DNA from: Octopus sinensis
Lineage: Eukaryota
Assembly: GCF_006345805.1 (NCBI RefSeq)
Contig: NW_021825836.1
Coordinates: 1-14,596, forward strand
DNA: 14,596 nucleotides
Direction of reading: 5' to 3'
The notes below the pieces were generated by a model that was given only the letters and a program-made list of their open reading frames with translations, ran no database searches and was not told the DNA's origin. Below are positions 7,783 to 14,596 of this stretch, one piece after another (the first letter of the stretch is position 1; each line of letters starts with the position of its first letter). Made by a program: the position numbers and the translations under genes.

Positions 7783-8173
7783 TAGCTTTGCCTACCAACC
7801 ACATGGTTCCGGGTTCAGTCCCACTGCGTGGCACCTTGGGCAAGTGTCTTCTACTATAGCCTCGGGCCGACCAAAGCCTTGTGAGTGGATATGGTAGACG
7901 GAAACTGAAAGAAGCCCGTCGTATGTATGTATATATATATATATATATGTGTGTGTGTGCGCGCGTGTATGTTTGTGTCTGTGTTTGTCTCCCTAGCATT
8001 GCTTGACAACCGATGCTGGTGTGTTTATGTCCCCGTCACTTAGCGGTTCGGCAAAAAGAGACCGATAGAATAAGTACTGGGCTTACAAAGAATAAGTCCC
8101 GGGGTTGAGTTGCTCAACTAAAGGCGGTGCTCCAGCATGGCCACAGTCAAATGACTGAGACAAGTAAAAGAGT
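7783..8173 (+). mobile_element. SINE-A, 5' end slightly truncated
   Basis: B-box GGTTCAGTCCC, body, (TA)(TG) tract and complete 3' module. Confidence 0.92.
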
Positions 8174-8408
8174 ATATAACTTCGATACGAGACACAATTT
8201 CAGGAATATTATCAGTTTCCGGAGTTTGTTAAATGAATATTTTGATAGTATGAAATTTTTTTGATATACTGGTATAATTTATATTTTTTAAATGAAGAAG
8301 TGATTTTGTTAGTATGGCTACTTGGAACGCTATAAGCCTTGCAATAATAACTATGTGATCGCTGCTATTTCTAGCACGCTGAACAAGATAGTTTTTAACG
8401 ATCTTTCA

Positions 8409-8875
8409 TCTCTCTGTATATAAACGGCAAAATATCTGTGTGTGTGTCCTTTATACAAATCCACAATTTTTCAGTTTGAGGGCTCGCACTTTCTATGGTC
8501 ATTCAGAACCGTCCAAGGGTGGTCGTGCACATCTTTACATTTCCCCAGTCACCCCGCAAAACCATTAAAAAAATCAATAGAAGTGAATTTTTTGTGAATT
8601 TTCTATCCAAAACCCAATCAAAATGCCCGAAACTTGATACGCCAATTGAATGCCAGCTAGCTGTATGTGATTGGTGGGAGATTTGGACAGTACTCGCGTG
8701 TATGTGCGCATGCACGCAACTCTATATGCATGCCAGGAAACCCCAAAATGGCAGAAATTCAAAAGATAATGCTCATGGGAACTACCCATATCCTACGTAA
8801 AATACTTTCTATGTAATCTCAAATTTTAAAACAAACACATAATTTTCTTATGGCGTTGCCGGGTCATAATGCTAG
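8409..8875 (+). mobile_element. Non-autonomous Helitron-type element
   Basis: A|TC start (TCTCTCTGTATATAAACGGC), GC-rich GGCGTTGCCGGG near the end, and CTAG|T terminus at 8872-8876. Confidence 0.7.
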
Positions 8876-8889
8876 TTTATATATAATAT

Positions 8890-8988
8890 GCGACTGAAAA
8901 AGAAATTTTAGCAGCAAAAACACAATGGCAGAGAGAAAAACGGGCTACTGAATCAGATGAAACCAGAGCAAAGCGACTGAAACAGATG
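8890..8988 (+). pseudogene. Probable N-terminal fragment of a Helitron RepHel ORF (charged RxxESxExRxxRL repeat)
   Basis: Translates ATEKEILAAKTQWQREKRATESDETRAKRLKQM. This motif type occurs in animal Helitron N-termini and it sits next to the helicase relic. Confidence 0.45.
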
Positions 8989-9091
8989 TTTGTATATGCA
9001 TGGAAACATGGACATGTCTGTTTCCGCTATACATGACCGACTGGTTAGGGTATCTTGAGAGGAGAATATTCTATTTCAAAACAATGGCGTC

Positions 9092-10354
9092 AGATCACAA
9101 ATTGTTGATGCAACACTGAAGAGATTTTTTTCTTTGCGATCATGTGGAAGTAGTGGAATTGACAACCAATCTAGGACTTCTTAAAGAAGGTCATTCTGAT
9201 GAAAAAGAGTTTGCTTATTTCCTTCTTGATGTAGGAAATGGTAACGTTTCTGTTGAACAAAGACGAGGTGGATTCAAAATCAAACTACCCAATGACTTTT
9301 GCCTTGAAAGTGGTACTCTTTCAGATCTATGTGATTTTGTATATGCTGACCACAAAAATAATTTCACAAACCCTGTGTGACTTGCAAACAGAACCATTGT
9401 TACTCCAACAATTTGTGAATGATTTTCTGTTGACCAGCATCCCTGTTGAGTGAAAAATATACAGAAGCTCAGATACAGTTGATAATGAAACTCTGTCCCC
9501 AATCGAGTTCATCACCAAACTTACACCCATCAGGGTTTCCACCATACATTCTCAAACTGAAGAAAAAAAATTATGTATAATGCTTCTGAGAAATTTAGAT
9601 GCAACTAATAGACATTGCTGTTTACATGATTATGTCTATTGAGGCCGAGGTTGCTTCTGGTCCTTATGCAGGGTCAACTCTGCTAATCCAAAGAATACCA
9701 CATGTATCTCAAGAAATGGAATTTCTATTCACATGCACATTTACACGCAAATTATTTCCTGTCAAGCCAACTTTTACCTTGACGTGCAACATGGCCCTGG
9801 GACAGACTTTTGAACAAATTGGAATATATCTTCCAACACAATTCTTCTCGCATGGTCAGCTGTTTGTCGCATTATCAAAAGTTCGAAAGAAGGCTAATGT
9901 AAAAACATTGGCTGAGAGAAACGGAAATAGTATGATTACTGACAATTGTATCTACAAGGAGGATACTGGAATGGAAGCACTCCGTCGGTTACGACGACGA
10001 GGGTTCCGGTTGATCCGAATCAACGGAACAGCCTGCTCGTGAAATTAACGTGTAAGTGGCTGAGCACTCCACAGACACGTGCACCCTTAACGTAGTTCTC
10101 GGGGATATTCAGCGTGACACAGAGAGTGACAAGGCCGGCCCTTTGAAGTACAGGTACAACAGAAACAGGAAGTAAGAGTGAGAGAAAGTTGTGGTGAAAG
10201 AGTATAGCAGGGATCACCACCATCCCTGCCGGAGCCTCGTGGAGCTTTAGGTGTTTTTCGCTCAATAAACACTCACAACGCCCGGTCTGGGAATCGAAAC
10301 CAATGGCCCTAACCACTGGGCCATTGTGCCTCCACAAGGAGGATACTACTTTAA
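9092..10354 (+). pseudogene. Decayed Helitron PIF1-family helicase (RepHel C-terminus), interrupted by SINE-B
   Basis: RSQIVDATLKR, VELTTN, EFAYFLLDVGNG, LANRTIVTPT, SGFPPYILKLK, MLLRNLDATN, IEAEVASGPYAG, FPVKPTFTLTCNMALGQTFEQIGIYLPTQFFSHGQLFVALSKV. It has a TGA stop at 9378-9380 and several frameshifts, and ends YKE(I)LL* (TAA 10352-10354) after the SINE. Confidence 0.93.
9968..10333 (-). mobile_element. Full-length tRNA-derived SINE-B with 14-bp TSD
   Basis: Head GGAGGCACAATGGCCCAGTGGTTAGGG and B-box TTTCGATTCC. ACAAGGAGGATACT lies at both 9954-9967 and 10334-10347. Confidence 0.93.
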
Positions 10355-10580
10355 AGCAAAATATGCTTTTTAGCAAGTTTCAGTAAATAGAATTAACACA
10401 TAAATTGTATGTAAAGTAACATAGATTTGTGAGGAATGAAATTGTTTTGGCATATTTCAATACATGCCAAATGAATGGTATCACTATATTAGATCATTTT
10501 GAATTTGGGTATATTTGAAAAAGTAAGTTAACGCACTTCCCATGCGTTCTCACAGCATCAGACTTCTATATGCGTCTATG

Positions 10581-10625
10581 TGTGTGTCTATTTATCTATC
10601 TATCTATTTATCTATATATATATAT

Positions 10626-10657
<32 letters not shown>

Positions 10658-10920
10658 ATATCATTCTATATCTATCTATCTATCATTCTATATCTATCTA
10701 TCTATAATCATTCTATATCATCTATCTATCATTCTATATCTATCTATCTATCATTCTATATCTATCTATCTATCATTCTATATCTATCTATCTATCATTC
10801 TATATCTATCTATCTATCTATCATTCTATATCTATCTATCTATATCTTTCTATCTCTATTTATCTATCTATCTATCTATCATTCTATATCTATCTATCAT
10901 ATATATATATATATATATAC
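10581..10920. repeat. (TCTA)n tract with 9 recurring TCATTCTATA interruptions, ending in (TA)n
   Basis: Direct reading. Confidence 0.95.
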
Positions 10921-10939
10921 TGAAAGGAGCGACTGGCTG

Positions 10940-11066
10940 ACCAAATTCACTCACAAGGCTTTGGTCGGCCCGAGGCTGTAGTAGAAGAAACTTGCCCAAG
11001 GTGCCACGCAGTGGGACTGAGCCCGGAACCATGTGGTTGGTAAGCAAGCTACTTACCACACAGCCA
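10940..11066 (-). mobile_element. SINE-A 5' module fragment
   Basis: Revcomp of TGGCTGTGTGGTAAGTAGCTTGC...GTGAGTGAATTTGGT. Confidence 0.9.
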
Positions 11067-11268
11067 ATGAAAACTAACTATATTGTAGGATTTTTATTTC
11101 TGTTTAGTGTGTGTATGTGTATGTCATTCATGCGTTTGTACCCAGTGGTTTTCTAGTCCAACGGGTCATTTGTCTGAGTGTTGTCATTTTTTGTTAAAGT
11201 TTGTAAAGTTCCTTTTGTCCTTCCGTTTTCAACGAGAAACCCATCATATATGTGTGTGTGTGTGTGTG

Positions 11269-11560
11269 GGAAGGCGCATGGCTCAGTGGTTAGAGCGTCA
11301 TGCTTACGATTGTGAAGACGTGACTTCGATTCCCGGACCGGGCTGCGTGTTTGTGATCTTGAGTTAACTCAGCTGTAGAAATGAGTTGCGACATCACTGG
11401 TGCCAGGCTGTATCGGCCTCTTTGCCTTTCTCTTGGATAACATCAGTGGCATGGAGAGGGGTGGCCGGTATGCTTGGGTGACTGCTGGTCACCCTTCTAG
11501 AAGGTCATAAACCATCTAGGAGCAATCCCATGGTCGTTCATGACCGATGGGGGTCACCCG
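11269..11560 (+). mobile_element. tRNA-derived SINE-D
   Basis: A-box TGGCTCAGTGG, B-box-like CTTCGATTCC, then AACTCAGCTGTAGAAATGAGT, which resembles conserved SINE core domains. Single copy here. Confidence 0.7.
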
Positions 11561-11583
11561 TGTATATATATGTGTGTGTGTGT

Positions 11584-11609
11584 GAGGCGCAATGGCCCAG
11601 TGGTTAGGG
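11584..11609 (+). mobile_element. SINE-B head fragment (26 bp)
   Basis: GAGGCGCAATGGCCCAGTGGTTAGGG is identical to 13289-13314. Confidence 0.85.
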
Positions 11610-11823
11610 AATCTTCCGAAATTCCTCTCCCCACTATCGGAAAAATAGATTTTCAGGACGATTTCCGATATTAACGCAATCTATGCCATCTGAAGCATGC
11701 TTATAGAAAATTTCATTAAAAAGTATCTATTTTTTTGAAAGGTTTGAGGTAACAAAGTCAGACGTGGAGCGCACTTGCATAGGTATGGCCAAAATTTATC
11801 CTAGCTGATGTATGAAAACGTCA

Positions 11824-12219
11824 TCTTTATATATAAAAGTCAAGTTGTGTGTCTGTCTCCTACGATTTAGATTCCTAACTACTCCCACATTTTGCGGTGC
11901 AGTGTAACCAAAAGCGGGTATCTTATAGTCGTAATTTATATCGAGCCCTTCTGGGTATTAGCGCGCGTCTACGATGAGTCTACGATTTAAAAAATAATTT
12001 ACCATCATTTTTTTCCATTTTAATGCATTTTTTTCGCTAAGGGAAGTAACTCTCTAAAAATGTCTACGATGAGTCAACGATTTAAAAAAAGATTTACCAT
12101 CATTTTTTTTCCATTTTTAATGCATATTTTTTTTTGCTATTTTTTGGCTATAACTCTCTAAAAATGCTTATATAGTTATTTCCCTTACAAACCCGAGCAA
12201 CGCCGGGCGATACTGCTAG
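11824..12219 (+). mobile_element. Non-autonomous Helitron with an internal ~95-bp tandem duplication
   Basis: A|TCTTTATATATAAAAG start, hairpin CCCG-AGCAACGC-CGGG (12192-12207), and CTAG|T at 12216-12220. GTCTACGATGAGTC.ACGATTTAAAAAA occurs at ~11968 and ~12062. Confidence 0.85.
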
Positions 12220-12455
12220 TATAAAATAAACGTGACCAGAATATATTACTCTCAACCATAAAATAACAGTACAAATATTACGATAACAACAGAATTAAAA
12301 GCCTTTTTGTAAACACAAAAGCATAAACCTGTTCAATGTAATATAGAGATCCAAAAGCAAACACGCAAGTTGTAAACTTGTTCGTCAGGATACTCAAATA
12401 CGACACGATCCTCTCAATTGACCATGCGCTTATTATGAAGCAATTGTAGCACCGT

Positions 12456-12562
12456 TTGCTTCCCAACCACATGGTTCCGGGTTCAAGTCCCACTACTATA
12501 GCTTCCGTCCGACCAAAACCTTGCGAGTGAATTTCGTAGATGAAAACTGAAAGAAGCCCGTC
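12456..12562 (+). mobile_element. Degenerate SINE-A 5' module with internal deletion
   Basis: GGTTCAAGTCCCACT is joined directly to ACTATAGC (ACT microhomology), then GAAAACTGAAAGAAGCCCGTC. Confidence 0.8.
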
Positions 12563-12577
12563 ATATATATATATATA

Positions 12578-12795
12578 TGTGATCTCTTGAGCACCACCAG
12601 CTCAAATATTTTTTCCTCTGTCTTCCTTTCTTGGGATCTTTCCTTCTCCTCGTTTCCGACGAAGAGCTCCGCTCGAAACGTTAAACCCTCCTTCCCTTCT
12701 TTCCTGAGCGTCAATAATACTTTAATTGTTCCACGTCCTCGCGTTGCTGTGTTTTTTTCTCTTTTTTTCTGTGTTTTCTTCTTTGGATTAACTTT
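12578..12795 (+). mobile_element. Putative Penelope-like element pLTR fragment (pyrimidine-rich) carrying a hammerhead motif
   Basis: Contains the hammerhead fold at 12652-12686 and is flanked by (TA)n. The association of minimal hammerheads with Penelope-like elements is established. Confidence 0.55.
12652..12686 (+). ncRNA. Minimal type I hammerhead ribozyme-like motif (U4C core variant)
   Basis: GTTT-CCGACGA-A-GAGC-TCC-GCTC-GAAA-CG-T-T-AAAC: stem I GTTT/AAAC, stem II GAGC/GCTC, loop-less palindromic stem III ACGT. Confidence 0.65.
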
Positions 12796-12810
12796 ATATA
12801 TATATATATA

Positions 12811-13033
12811 TATTTCTTTACTACCCATAAGGGACTAAACATAGAGGGGATAAACAAGGACAGACAAACGGATTAAGTCGATTACATCGACCCCAGTGCG
12901 TAAGTGGTACTTAATTGATCGACCCCGAAAGGATGAAAGGCAAAGTCGACCTCGGCGGAATTTGAACTCAGAACGTAGCGGCAGATGAAATACCGCTACG
13001 CATTTCGCCCGGCGTGCTAACGGTTCTGCCAGC
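12811..13033 (-). mobile_element. SINE-C
   Basis: Revcomp matches 2524-2752. Confidence 0.9.
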
Positions 13034-13149
13034 GTGCGTGCGTGCGTGCGTGCGTGCGTATGTAGTATGTATGTATGTAGTATGTATGTATGTATGTATG
13101 TATGTATGTATGTATGTATGTAGTATGTTGTGATGTGTATGTATGTTGT

Positions 13150-13181
<32 letters not shown>

Positions 13182-13198
13182 GGTTGTGTGTGTGTGTG

Positions 13199-13247
<49 letters not shown>

Positions 13248-13287
13248 GTGTGTGTGTGTGTGCATGCATGCATGCATGCATGTATGT
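13034..13287. repeat. Serial microsatellites (GCGT)n-(TATG)n-(TG)n-(TGCA)n
   Basis: Direct reading. Confidence 0.95.
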
Positions 13288-13667
13288 GGAGGCGCAATGG
13301 CCCAGTGGTTAGGGCAGCGGACTCGCGGTTTTCGATTCCCAGGCCGGGCGTTGTGAGTGTTTATTGAGAGAAAACACTTAAAGCTCCACGTTAACCCTAA
13401 CCCTTTCACCACAACTTTCTCTCACTCTTTCTTCTTGTTTTTTTTTTTGTACCTGTATTTCAAAGGGGCCGCCAGCCTAGTTACACTCTGTGTCAACGCT
13501 GAATCTCTTTCCCCTCCCCCCGAGAACTACGTTAAGGGTACACGTGTCTGTCTGTGGAGTGCTCAGCCACTTGCACGTTGATTTCATTTCACGAGTAGGC
13601 TGTTCCGTTGATTCGGATCGACTGGAACCCTCTCGTCGTCGTAACCGACGGAATGCCAACAACAACA

Positions 13668-13670
<3 letters not shown>
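13288..13670 (+). mobile_element. Full-length SINE-B with (AAC)n tail
   Basis: Matches the revcomp of 9968-10333 and ends GAATGCCAACAACAACAACA. Confidence 0.92.
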
Positions 13671-13711
<41 letters not shown>

Positions 13712-14054
13712 TAGAAATTTAGAACTTGGACACGGACACACACACACACACACACTTTAGGAATTTAGAACTTGGACACACACACACACTTTAGGAATTT
13801 AGAACTTGGACACACACACACACACACTTTAAGAATTTAGAACTTGGACACACACACACACACACTTTAGGAATTTAGAACTTGGACACACACACACACA
13901 CACACACACACTTTAGGAATTTAGAACTTGGACACACACACACACACACACTTTAGGAATTTAGAACTTGGACACACACACACACACACACTTTAAGAAT
14001 TTAGAACTTGGACACACACACACACACCACACACACTTTAGGAATTTAGAACTT

Positions 14055-14102
<48 letters not shown>

Positions 14103-14460
14103 TAGGAATTTAGAACTTGGACACACACACACACACACACTTTAGGAATTTAGAACTTGGACACACACACACACACACTTTAGGAATTTAGAACTTGGAC
14201 ACACACACACACACACTTTAAGAATTTAGAACTTGGACACACACACACACACACACACTTTAGGAATTTAGAACTTGGACACACACACACACACACACTT
14301 TAAGAATTTAGAACTTGGACACACACACACACACACACTTAGGAATTTAGAACTTGGACACACACACACACACTTTAGGAATTTAGAACTTGGACACACA
14401 CACACACACACACACTTTAGGAATTTAGAACTTGGACACACACACACACACACACACACA
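13671..14460. repeat. Minisatellite: 18 copies of TTTA(G/A)GAATTTAGAACTTGGA separated by variable (CA)n
   Basis: Copies start at 13710, 13756, 13790, 13828, 13866, 13912, 13952, 13992, 14037, 14101, 14141, 14179, 14217, 14259, 14299, 14339, 14374 and 14416. Confidence 0.97.
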
Positions 14461-14596
14461 TACAGGAACAAAACGTGAACAATTGTTTACAAGATTGTTA
14501 TTTACAAGCGATCTCTTGTGGTTTTGTTTCCTACGTGTACTCTGTGACCTACACAATCTCCGAAATCATACTAAAATGATACTAGTAGAGCAACAA

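Noticed and set aside
7680-7790. Minus-strand IEANGIERLLQIIDERNGKSI, faintly like a mariner transposase C-terminus
   Set aside because: Too short, with no DDD/E or other motif nearby, and bounded by a SINE and (AAT)n. A tBLASTn/HMM search would be needed.
8495-8800. Overlapping 70-101 aa ORFs on both strands (also 6618-6851, 6920-7291, 10020-10376)
   Set aside because: They lie mostly within non-autonomous elements, repeats or SINEs and show no recognisable domain.
9599-10042. 147-aa ORF as an intact helicase gene
   Set aside because: It is a frameshift-bounded fragment with a degenerate motif (NMALGQT for NKSQGQT), and its C-terminus is SINE sequence.
13710-14436. CRISPR array
   Set aside because: The spacers are (CA)n rather than unique sequence, there is no leader or cas gene, and the context is eukaryotic.

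Overview
AT-rich eukaryotic, repeat-dominated non-coding DNA (intergenic or intronic). The SINE families and the dense (TA)n/(TG)n/(TATG)n/(TCTA)n tracts look like an octopus (coleoid cephalopod) genome; that assignment is my recall and inference, not a database result. There is no intact protein-coding gene: nearly all listed ORFs are microsatellite or SINE translation artefacts. Contents: (1) two TA-flanked inverted-repeat element ends facing each other as a 92-bp palindrome, followed by an A/B-alternating ~240-bp tandem array; (2) about 20 copies or fragments of at least four tRNA-headed SINE families (labelled A-D here), two with clear target-site duplications, with family A carrying an internal microsatellite; (3) a Helitron/Helentron cluster of three non-autonomous elements plus a decayed RepHel gene whose PIF1 helicase is split by a SINE; (4) two Penelope-like relics, one with a complete minimal hammerhead-ribozyme fold (12652-12686) and one with a half hammerhead inside a 30-bp perfect hairpin; (5) an 18-copy array of a constant 21-mer separated by variable (CA)n spacers; (6) a possible frameshifted signal-anchor exon at 5527-5601; (7) a telomere-repeat patch replacing a hairpin inside a SINE.
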